Assembly: GCA_963548835.1 (NCBI GenBank)
Contig: CAUUVO010000002.1
Location: 782-64,781 of the forward strand
DNA length: 64,000 nucleotides
Origin: an uncultured Candidatus Saccharibacteria bacterium
Lineage (GTDB): Bacteria; Patescibacteriota; Saccharimonadia; Saccharimonadales; Saccharimonadaceae
Reading direction: 5' to 3'
Part shown: positions 49,896 to 58,252 of the stretch, piece after piece
Position numbering within the stretch: position 1 is the stretch's first letter
Layout: each line of letters opens with the position of its first letter
Notes under the pieces: generated by a model
Seen by the model: the letters and a program-made list of their open reading frames with translations, nothing else
Databases searched by the model: none
What the model was told of the DNA's origin: nothing
Made by a program: the position numbers and the translations under genes

Positions 49896-50390
49896 ATGAG
49901 TACAGATAAAAAGCTCGCTGAGGGGCATATTTTTACTACGCAGCCTGACGGCGTAATGCGGCAGGACTATTTGTTCCGCGTGTCAATTAAAGCGGTAATT
50001 TATAACGATGATGGCGAGTTGCTGGTAGTTAAAGAACATGGTCTTAATTGGGGTTTGCCCGGCGGCGGACTTGATTTTGGCGAAACGTTTGAGCAGGCGT
50101 TGGCGCGCGAATTGGAAGAGGAAGTTGGCTATAGAGGCGGTTTTACTTTTGATGTGATTGACGTGGCGGATCCGATGTATTTGAAGGGAATTGATGCGTA
50201 TCAGGTGTATGTTGTCTGCTGGGTTCAGCCGGAGGATTACGATTTTTCTATCGGCGTTGACGGCGAAGATATGCGCTTTATTGATCCGAATGAACTTGAT
50301 CTGTTTGACGATAGCCAGGCAAAATACGCAAAATATTTTCACGAGCGTCTGCAGGAGCGGCTGGAAAGGCATTGCCAGGTCGATTCTTGA
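49896..50390 (+). CDS. NUDIX hydrolase (paralog of 43954)
   Basis: LPGGGLDFGETFEQALARELEEEVG. Confidence 0.92.
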   Translation: MSTDKKLAEGHIFTTQPDGVMRQDYLFRVSIKAVIYNDDGELLVVKEHGLNWGLPGGGLDFGETFEQALARELEEEVGYRGGFTFDVIDVADPMYLKGIDAYQVYVVCWVQPEDYDFSIGVDGEDMRFIDPNELDLFDDSQAKYAKYFHERLQERLERHCQVDS

Positions 50391-50424
50391 CGAAATAATA
50401 ACAATATTACACAATTAAAACGCT

Positions 50425-51006
50425 ATGAAAGAGCGTGATATTGCTGTCGGTGATCTCGGCGCGAGAGTGAAAGTTATTCTTTTTCCTAAAGGCGAGGAGT
50501 ATTGTATTGCTGACAGGGAAGCGAACGATGATTATTGCCGGCAGCGGCTGGCCGTAGTGAGTCTTGTCTCATTAGATTTGGAAGGCGGATGTGTAGGTTT
50601 GTCTGTTGCTGTAGGGGGGACGAAGGATTACGATTATCATTCGAGGTTAGCAGAGGCCGCTACAGGACGAAAGGTGTCTCGTATACATTCAAATACGCTT
50701 ATTCCTACGCCTGAAGATTTTTCTCATGAGCTTCTTTCAGTTAGAGGATGGACTAGGGATAGAGAATGGACTAGGGAGACTGAAATCGGTGTTTTTCCGG
50801 TTTTAAAGAAAAGGCGAGAAAGATCTAGATTAACGATAGGCGAGACGAGGCTGATATCTAGCGGTGTTATCTCTGTGGCAGTTGCCGCAGTTATAGCGCT
50901 ATCCTCGGATGAGTTTACACAAGTCAGCGAACAAGGCTTGGAATTATCGGCGGAAGAAATTCGCGGATTTCGTTCAGACTTTAAGTGTTCAATTTACGAT
51001 ACGTGA
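50425..51006 (+). CDS. orphan hypothetical protein
   Basis: 193-aa ORF filling the gap, upstream TTGACG-17-CACAAT. Confidence 0.55.
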   Translation: MKERDIAVGDLGARVKVILFPKGEEYCIADREANDDYCRQRLAVVSLVSLDLEGGCVGLSVAVGGTKDYDYHSRLAEAATGRKVSRIHSNTLIPTPEDFSHELLSVRGWTRDREWTRETEIGVFPVLKKRRERSRLTIGETRLISSGVISVAVAAVIALSSDEFTQVSEQGLELSAEEIRGFRSDFKCSIYDT

Positions 51007-51029
51007 GACCGGCGTGCTATAATAACCAT

Positions 51030-51698
51030 ATGCATATTATTCTTGGTGGGACGAGCGGGCTTGGTCTGGAGATGGCTAGGCGGCTCAGAGAAAGTGGCAA
51101 GCGTGTGTTGGTGTTGGGGAAGACGCATAACACCCAGGAGCACGGTGAGGGTTTCCAATTGGATGTGTATTATACCGATCAAGTGGAGGCAGCGCCGGCG
51201 CGGATTGAGCAGATGCTGGGCGATGACAATGTTGAACAATTTGTCTGGGCGGCAGGCTATGGTTGGCGCGGTAATTTTGAGGATCAGCCTGATGCACGCT
51301 CGATGGCGGAGGTGAACTTTGCCGGTGCGTTGCCGCTGGTGCAGTGGGCGTGGCGAAAGATGGCACGTCAAAATCAGAAGTCAGTTTTAACGATTATCGG
51401 CTCGACCAGCAGCGTCAAAGCTCGCGCTGACGAAGCGGTATATGTGGCGACTAAGCACGCTCAAGCGGGCTTGGCGCGCAGCTTAGGTATGCAAGCTGAC
51501 GAGCAGAAATTGCCAGTAAAAGTCGCGCTGTTTTTGCCAGGCGCCATGAAAACGCCGTTTTGGAATGGCCGGGAGCTGCCGGCTGATTATATGTTTTTCA
51601 ACGATCCTGCTAAAATTGCTACGCATATTATCAACGCCATTGAACATCAGCAGCAGCCGTATCTGGAGTGGCCGCTGCCAAAGGGTACGTTGGTTTAA
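51030..51698 (+). CDS. SDR-family oxidoreductase
   Basis: GGTSGLG, YVATK. Confidence 0.88.
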   Translation: MHIILGGTSGLGLEMARRLRESGKRVLVLGKTHNTQEHGEGFQLDVYYTDQVEAAPARIEQMLGDDNVEQFVWAAGYGWRGNFEDQPDARSMAEVNFAGALPLVQWAWRKMARQNQKSVLTIIGSTSSVKARADEAVYVATKHAQAGLARSLGMQADEQKLPVKVALFLPGAMKTPFWNGRELPADYMFFNDPAKIATHIINAIEHQQQPYLEWPLPKGTLV

Positions 51699-51725
51699 GT
51701 TCCGGTAAGGTGGTATAATTCGGGA

Positions 51726-52745
51726 ATGGTAATGAATGTTTCAAATAGTGATTATTTTGGGGTAAAAATTGTAGTAATCGGTGGCGGAACCGGGAGTTTT
51801 ACGCTGCTGTCGGGTTTGAAAAAGTACACGCATAGCATTACGGCGCTGGTTAATATGGTTGACGACGGCGGCTCGACTGGACAGCTGCGCGACGAGCTGG
51901 GCGTGCTGCCAGCGGGCGATGTCCGGCAATGTTTGGTGGCGCTAAGCAGCTCGCCGAAGGTGCGCGACCTGTTTAATTATCGGTTTGACGAAGGCAGTAT
52001 GAAGGGCCATGCCTTTGGTAATTTGTTCATGGCAGCGCTGGAAAAGATGACGGGGAGCTTTGCCGAGGCGGTGGAACTGGCGAGTGAAGTTCTGGGCGTA
52101 AACGGGCGAGTGTTTCCAATTACCTTGGATGATACGACTATGTCGATTAAGCTAAAAGACGGCACGACTGTCAATGGTCAGCACGCGGCAGAATCGCTGC
52201 AGATTCCGCGTGGCGAGCGTCCGTGGCTGGAGTTGAAGCCGCCGGCTGGTATTAACCCGCGGGCGCGCCAGGCGATTTTAGATGCTGATTTGGTGGTGAT
52301 TGCGCCGGGGCTGCTGTATGGCAGTTTGGCGCCAGCGTTGTTGGTACGCGGCGTAACCAGGGCACTGGCGGAGACTAGAGCAAAGAAAGTTTATGTTTGC
52401 AATTTGGTTAATAAACCGGGCCAGACAGATGGTTTTACCGTGGCGGATTTCGCGGATGAGATTGAGCGATTTTCAGGTATTGATATGGACTATGTTTTAT
52501 ATAATAATCATCGTCCTCCGGAAAAACTAATCGAAAAATATTCACATGATGGCGAATATTTAGTGGAATGGGATGAGGATTTACTGAAAAACAAGCATTA
52601 TTATGCGTCGGGCAAGCGGTTGATTGCTGATACTGCTTGGGTGAATAAAAATTCTGATAGCGATCCGTTGGCAGCACAACGCAGCCTAATCCGACACGAC
52701 GCCGACAGAGTGGCGCGCGAGTTGATGCGGATTTATTTTGCTTAG
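51726..52745 (+). CDS. yvcK: YvcK/GlmR (CofD-like) protein
   Basis: IGGGTG, DDGGSTG.LR, GHAFGNL, IRHD. Confidence 0.92.
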   Translation: MVMNVSNSDYFGVKIVVIGGGTGSFTLLSGLKKYTHSITALVNMVDDGGSTGQLRDELGVLPAGDVRQCLVALSSSPKVRDLFNYRFDEGSMKGHAFGNLFMAALEKMTGSFAEAVELASEVLGVNGRVFPITLDDTTMSIKLKDGTTVNGQHAAESLQIPRGERPWLELKPPAGINPRARQAILDADLVVIAPGLLYGSLAPALLVRGVTRALAETRAKKVYVCNLVNKPGQTDGFTVADFADEIERFSGIDMDYVLYNNHRPPEKLIEKYSHDGEYLVEWDEDLLKNKHYYASGKRLIADTAWVNKNSDSDPLAAQRSLIRHDADRVARELMRIYFA

Positions 52746-52801
52746 AAATATAGCGCGGTCAGCTTGCTTGCAATTGTATTGTTTTTATGTTAATATAGAC
52801 A

Positions 52802-54463
52802 ATGCTTATGCAAAACGAACACCCTAGAACTGAAATGGATTGCGTTAATCATGAGACTGATAATAGCGGCGAGTTAGAATATAAGGAGCTGGCTAAAAGT
52901 CTTGTTGAGGCGTTTGGTAATAATCATATGACCGAAGCTCGCAGGTTGGCGGCGGAGATTATTTTGGATATGCCGCTGGCTGGATCGGAGCGTTCTGAGC
53001 AGGATGATTTTTTGGAAAGTCGTCTGGAAGGAAAAGATCTTGATGATGAACACAGGGATGTTGTTATCGGGATTGTTGAGGATTATCGGGTAATTCAGGA
53101 TGTTTTTGCTAGCTATGCGGACGGATTAAAAGATACCGATACTGAGGCGGCTAGGTTATTGCAGCTTGGCGATGCAGATCGGATACCCGACAATGTTTGG
53201 GCAAAAGAGATTCCGATTCCGCGGCCAAAATTGGATGATTTGATCAAAACTTTTTCAACGAAGGGAGAAGATTCTCAGGGGGTCGGACTGGAGACGGCGA
53301 TGATAGCTGGCGCGATTACGCTGGCTAAGCTGATTACGACGCCGTACCATGATGCCAAAGCTTATAAAGAGGCAGTTTTTGCCAAGAATATTTTGGCGCC
53401 AATATGTAGTATCATTGGTGCTGACGCTTTGGAATCGGCGCAGAATGACGAGGTGGACGCTATCGCTGGTCGTAACATCGGCGATAATATGAGCGGCACG
53501 GAATTGAGCAGGGATATTGATTCTTTGATGGATGAAGTCGACCGAGTGGTGGCGCTTCATTTCGGCCGTAAAAACTCAAACGATCCGGAGCGGTTTGACT
53601 TTGCTATTGGCAATGTGAAGGGTATTACCAGCGAACTTGTCGGCGAAGCGCAATTGAAATCGCCAATTGGTATTTCGTCGCCGCATAGTATGTTTTTCCA
53701 GGTTGGTTCTGTACACACTGAAGCTGGCAACGATTTGAAATTGCGTGCGCGGGGCAAGGGGAGAGGGTCGTATTTGCGCAAGTTGTTAAAAAATCTTGGT
53801 TACTATAAAACCCGCGCGGAGAAAAATGATGAACATCAGGACGTTCATCCGATTGATTTATACGGATTAACCATGATTGCCGATAATAATGAGCAGTTGG
53901 CTAAAGAGTACGCGGCGGCTGTGGTGAGAGCCTTAAAATCTGATAAAATTACTCCGTATCCTTCACCGGGGCGAGAAAAAGAGGTGTTCATTGTTAAGGG
54001 TTCAAAGGAGTTTCAGGATACAATTCGCGAGGCTGTGCTGGCGGAAATTCCTGATGTTGATATGGGTCTGTTTAGCTTCAAAACTAAAAAGGGCGGGTTC
54101 ACGGATGCAAAGATTACCGGCCTGTACGAAACTGGCGACGGGCGCGTTGGGTTCGCGCCGTTTGAGATGCAGTTTTCTACGCCGGACGCTCGCTTGACAG
54201 CGCGTATCGGCGGCAGAGCTGCTCATTTCTTGTTTAAGCTGATTAATACGTACGGCGATGAGATAGCTGATCTTGACGATGATTGTTTGAATGCAATAGA
54301 AGATATTTGGTCGCGCAAGCAGGATTATTTTAATAATCGCGACGAATCATCTACGGAAGTATGTTTGACAGACCAGAGCCGCAGGCGAGTTGAGGATTTT
54401 TGGAGACGAATTGCTAAGAGACGACAGCATACGCGCAATTTGGGCGGGACGGCTTTGCGGTAG
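52802..54463 (+). CDS. highly divergent RelA/SpoT-like protein (degenerate hydrolase + synthetase domain, no regulatory C-terminus)
   Basis: LAPICSIIG..LE, RGKGRGSYLRK, DLYGL, GGF, EMQFST, AAHFLFK in RSH order. Confidence 0.7.
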   Translation: MLMQNEHPRTEMDCVNHETDNSGELEYKELAKSLVEAFGNNHMTEARRLAAEIILDMPLAGSERSEQDDFLESRLEGKDLDDEHRDVVIGIVEDYRVIQDVFASYADGLKDTDTEAARLLQLGDADRIPDNVWAKEIPIPRPKLDDLIKTFSTKGEDSQGVGLETAMIAGAITLAKLITTPYHDAKAYKEAVFAKNILAPICSIIGADALESAQNDEVDAIAGRNIGDNMSGTELSRDIDSLMDEVDRVVALHFGRKNSNDPERFDFAIGNVKGITSELVGEAQLKSPIGISSPHSMFFQVGSVHTEAGNDLKLRARGKGRGSYLRKLLKNLGYYKTRAEKNDEHQDVHPIDLYGLTMIADNNEQLAKEYAAAVVRALKSDKITPYPSPGREKEVFIVKGSKEFQDTIREAVLAEIPDVDMGLFSFKTKKGGFTDAKITGLYETGDGRVGFAPFEMQFSTPDARLTARIGGRAAHFLFKLINTYGDEIADLDDDCLNAIEDIWSRKQDYFNNRDESSTEVCLTDQSRRRVEDFWRRIAKRRQHTRNLGGTALR

Positions 54464-54475
54464 TATAATGAGGAT

Positions 54476-54901
54476 ATGATAGTCTACTATACCGACGGTT
54501 CTGCTTCGCCAAATCCCGGTCCGGGCGGGTTCGCGGTGATTCGCGATCTTCAGCCGTGGATTTTGGGTTCAGAGGACGGCGAGACGACCAATATTCGCAT
54601 GGAAGGCAAGGCGCTGATTGCGGCACTTCGGGATGCCGACGGCGCGCCGTGCGTGATTTACACTGACAGCGAATTTTGGATCAATGTGGTGACCAAGTGG
54701 GCGCCAGGCTGGGAAAAGCGCGGCTGGACAAAGAAGGGCGGCGAGATCAAAAATCTGGACATCGTGCGTGAGCTATATGAGCTGTATTCAAATTCGCAGG
54801 CAGAACTCCGCTGGGTGCGCGGCCATGAGGGTGACGAGGGAAATGAGCTGGCGGACGAGTGGGCTAATCGGGCGCGTGCAGGCGAAAAATTGACTAAATA
54901 A
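54476..54901 (+). CDS. rnhA: ribonuclease HI
   Basis: YTDGS..NPGPGG, TNIRME, TDS, WVRGH, NELAD. Confidence 0.95.
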   Translation: MIVYYTDGSASPNPGPGGFAVIRDLQPWILGSEDGETTNIRMEGKALIAALRDADGAPCVIYTDSEFWINVVTKWAPGWEKRGWTKKGGEIKNLDIVRELYELYSNSQAELRWVRGHEGDEGNELADEWANRARAGEKLTK

Positions 54902-54957
54902 CTAATTTATGTTACAATGGAAAGGCGAATAGGCTATATTCAGCAGATCTTACTGCG

Positions 54958-55440
54958 GTGCGAGCTGACGCGAAGCTCTTTTTTGGTTGTCCTGAGGACA
55001 GATCAGAGATTATAGGTGTTATTACGGAAATAGAACCAGAGAAGGATAAGCTAAATGTTAAGATAGGACTGGGGAATTGCGAGCTTCATGGCATGTTGCT
55101 GCGTATGATGGGTATAGAAGATATTAGTGTACCGTTATCTGGCAAGATGGCATATTCTCAAGCGATAATACGCGGTTCTTCTACAGGAATTCCCAGAAGG
55201 AAGAAGGGACAATTAGTAAGGTGCATGTTATTTGATGTGCGCCGCGATGGGTCGGATTTATCGACGCGGCAGACAGTAGCCTCTGCTTATATGGCAAGTT
55301 TAGTGTTGGGAGGGTTGTTAAGTATGCCGCGCGAGGAGATTACTAATCTGAGCAATCCGAGTGATTTGGTGTTTGAAGTTCCACGGATGCGGCAGTTAGA
55401 TGAAGAGATAGGTAGAAGAATCGAAGTTCGCCAGGGGTAA
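54958..55440 (+). CDS. orphan hypothetical protein (start uncertain)
   Basis: 160-aa ORF filling the gap between rnhA and the DUF4868-like gene. Confidence 0.5.
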   Translation: MRADAKLFFGCPEDRSEIIGVITEIEPEKDKLNVKIGLGNCELHGMLLRMMGIEDISVPLSGKMAYSQAIIRGSSTGIPRRKKGQLVRCMLFDVRRDGSDLSTRQTVASAYMASLVLGGLLSMPREEITNLSNPSDLVFEVPRMRQLDEEIGRRIEVRQG

Positions 55441-55482
55441 GTTCTCTGGACGTCGTTTCTTCTCGCGTGCTATACTAGGGCA

Positions 55483-56460
55483 ATGGAAGAAGTGAGGGAA
55501 ACGACTGATATTTTTTTGTGGGCGAATCAAACTGATGCGAAAAAGAACGATTTACAGATTGAGCTGTTTTTGTTTAATAAAAATTACACGCCGTATTTCA
55601 TGCCCTTGAAGGGTGATGTTGAGCAGCAGCTCCGGCCGCTATTTTTGTTTGATTATATCAATCAGGTTAATTTGGGTGCGGGCACTGGTCTCAGTGTGCG
55701 GGATTATGAGCTGAGCGAAGCAGAAGACAATGTGCTGCTGCGAACAGACCTCGCCAAGGTTGGCCGAGCGGAGACCTTGATTCATTTGATCGAGCATGAG
55801 CGCGGCGACATCGTGGAATTTTCGGAAACCGAGCATGAGTTCAAGCGAATGAAGGGCGTGTTGGCGCGGTTTACTGATCCGAATGATCCAGAAAAGGTCT
55901 TTTATACAGCCAAGCTAATCCAACAGGGGCAGACACTCAAAAGCGCGCTGGCGTGGGAGTTTTCTGACGGCAAGTTTGGCGCATTTAAGGCGGAGGTCGG
56001 GTTTAAGGTGCCGGATGATAACCAAGTGCTGATCATTGGTCAGGATATATTTGCCTTTAATCCAGGCAAGTTTGAGCGAATGTTTGGCTATGAGTACAAG
56101 AAGCAGGTGATTGCTGATAAGAAAGTGGCGGAAATTGAAAAGGAATATAAGTTGAGCTTCCCAGAGGGTTTGGATCTGAATGCGCTGGTCAAGGAGCGCA
56201 AAAAGACCATCAATAAACTACAGAAATTAGAGATTGGCGAGGTCAAACAAGAGCAGGTGCTGGACTATGCTGATGAGATGCAACTGGAGCTGATGAGTGA
56301 CGATAACGGCGCGATTATCATTATGGATGGTAATGATCTGGATATGTTCGTGAACCTGATCAACGAGGATTACATTGAGAGTAAAATTACCGGCAAACGT
56401 TACGAAATTAAGTCGAAAAAACTGTTGGGCGAGCCTGAGGGCGAACCGCCACGAGGTTAA
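55483..56460 (+). CDS. KwaB/DUF4868-like protein
   Basis: IFAFN..KFERMFGY and NLINEDYIES.ITG.RYE resemble DUF4868 (recalled pattern). Confidence 0.6.
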   Translation: MEEVRETTDIFLWANQTDAKKNDLQIELFLFNKNYTPYFMPLKGDVEQQLRPLFLFDYINQVNLGAGTGLSVRDYELSEAEDNVLLRTDLAKVGRAETLIHLIEHERGDIVEFSETEHEFKRMKGVLARFTDPNDPEKVFYTAKLIQQGQTLKSALAWEFSDGKFGAFKAEVGFKVPDDNQVLIIGQDIFAFNPGKFERMFGYEYKKQVIADKKVAEIEKEYKLSFPEGLDLNALVKERKKTINKLQKLEIGEVKQEQVLDYADEMQLELMSDDNGAIIIMDGNDLDMFVNLINEDYIESKITGKRYEIKSKKLLGEPEGEPPRG

Positions 56461-56462
56461 GT

Positions 56463-57983
56463 ATGGATCAAGAATTAGCGCTGGCGATTTTGATGAGCGG
56501 TCGGTCGGCGCTGCTGACGGGCGCGGCTGGTACCGGCAAAACGCACCTGCTGAATACTTTTATTGCACAGGCGCGTGACCAGGGTAAAAAGGTGTCGGTA
56601 ACAGCGACGACGGGCTTGGCGGCGACGCACTTGGGCGGCAATACCATTCACAGTTGGAGCGGCATTGGCGTTAGCGATCACTTGGCGAACAACTTTTTTG
56701 ATCGGCTGTCAAAAACGCGGCGTGAGGTGATTACCAAGACTGATGTGCTGGTGATTGATGAGATTTCCATGCTGCATGATTTCCGGCTGGACATGGTTGA
56801 TCTGGTGCTGCGTGGTGTCCGGGAAAACGACCAGCCGTTTGGTGGCGTGCAGCTAGTGATGAGCGGTGACTTTTTCCAATTGCCGCCAATCAATCGTCCG
56901 GGCGAGCAGGGCGGCGGCTTCGTGGTGTATTCGGAAGCGTGGCAGGAATTGCAGCCGGCGGTGCTGTATTTGGAACGGCAATACCGGCAAAATGACGAGC
57001 AGCTGCTAGAGATTTTGACGGCGCTGAGAAATGATAATATTAGGCGGCATCACGCCGAGGCACTGCTGGCACGGACGGAGGTCCAACCGCCTGACGGTGA
57101 CATTACTGAACTACACACCGTCAATGTTGATGTTGACGCCATCAACAGCCAGAAGCTGGCGGAGCTGGCGGGCGATGAGCGGACGTATCAGCAGACGACG
57201 ACGGGTTCAAAGGTATATGTCGAGAGTCTGCAGCGGTCAGTGCTGGCGCCGAGCGAACTTGTGTTGAAGTTGGGTGCATTGGTGATGGCGGTGAAAAATT
57301 CGCCGCAGAAATTGTATGCCAATGGCAGTATCGGCACGGTGGTGGATTTTGAGCCGCTGACGGATTATCCGATCGTGGAGTTTCGTGACGGCCGGCAGGT
57401 GACGATGGTACCGGATGTGTGGGAGCTGCGTGACGGTGAGCGTAAGCGGGCGAGTATCTCGCAGGTGCCACTGCGCCTCGCGTGGGCTATCACCGTGCAT
57501 AAAAGCCAAGGTATGACGCTGGACGCGGCAAAAATTGACCTGAGAAAAGCGTTTGTCGAAGGTATGGGTTATGTGGCCTTGAGTCGGGTGCGGGATTTGG
57601 ATAATTTATATTTGTATGGAATTAACCGCAAGGCACTGGAAATTTCGCCAGATGCGTTGGCGATTGATGAGGTGTTGCAGCAGGCAAGTAGTGAAGCGGC
57701 CAAGCACTATGGTCCAATGCTGGAGGATATGAAGCGAAAACAGTCAGTTCCGAAAAAATCCGCCAAGAAGTCTCAGTCCGCTAGCTGGCAGCAAAAAATT
57801 GCCAAAATGCGCGAAACCCACCCGAAAGCATACATGCCATGGGAAAAAGCCGACGACGACACCCTCAAACAGGAGTTTTTACAGGGCGCAACCATCCAGC
57901 AGCTTAGTCAACAACTTGGCCGTCATGAAGGCTCAATTCGCATGCGGTTGCAGAAGCATTTTGGGGAGGAGGTTTTGGGCTAG
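56463..57983 (+). CDS. Pif1-family SF1B helicase with C-terminal HTH-like domain
   Basis: GAAGTGKT, TIHSWSG, IDEISM, GDFFQLPP, PLRLAWAITVHKSQG, YVALSRV. Confidence 0.93.
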   Translation: MDQELALAILMSGRSALLTGAAGTGKTHLLNTFIAQARDQGKKVSVTATTGLAATHLGGNTIHSWSGIGVSDHLANNFFDRLSKTRREVITKTDVLVIDEISMLHDFRLDMVDLVLRGVRENDQPFGGVQLVMSGDFFQLPPINRPGEQGGGFVVYSEAWQELQPAVLYLERQYRQNDEQLLEILTALRNDNIRRHHAEALLARTEVQPPDGDITELHTVNVDVDAINSQKLAELAGDERTYQQTTTGSKVYVESLQRSVLAPSELVLKLGALVMAVKNSPQKLYANGSIGTVVDFEPLTDYPIVEFRDGRQVTMVPDVWELRDGERKRASISQVPLRLAWAITVHKSQGMTLDAAKIDLRKAFVEGMGYVALSRVRDLDNLYLYGINRKALEISPDALAIDEVLQQASSEAAKHYGPMLEDMKRKQSVPKKSAKKSQSASWQQKIAKMRETHPKAYMPWEKADDDTLKQEFLQGATIQQLSQQLGRHEGSIRMRLQKHFGEEVLG

Positions 57984-58252
57984 CTCAAATCCTATATTTG
58001 GCACAGGGGGTGATTGGCAAACGGTACGTGCTGGTGGTTACTCTAGCTCCGATAATAATGAGATAGGATGCGGTTAGTCTCTGGCTGCAAAGTTGGGTTT
58101 GCTGAGACTGTGAACTGATACGATAATTTGACATTATTTATATTTTGTGCTACTATAAAACGGTAAGAAGTTAAAACAAATATGACAGAAGAGTTGATTA
58201 CCGCGGCTAACAAAGATAGGTCTGTGTCTAATGCCGATAGATAGGGAGAGGC

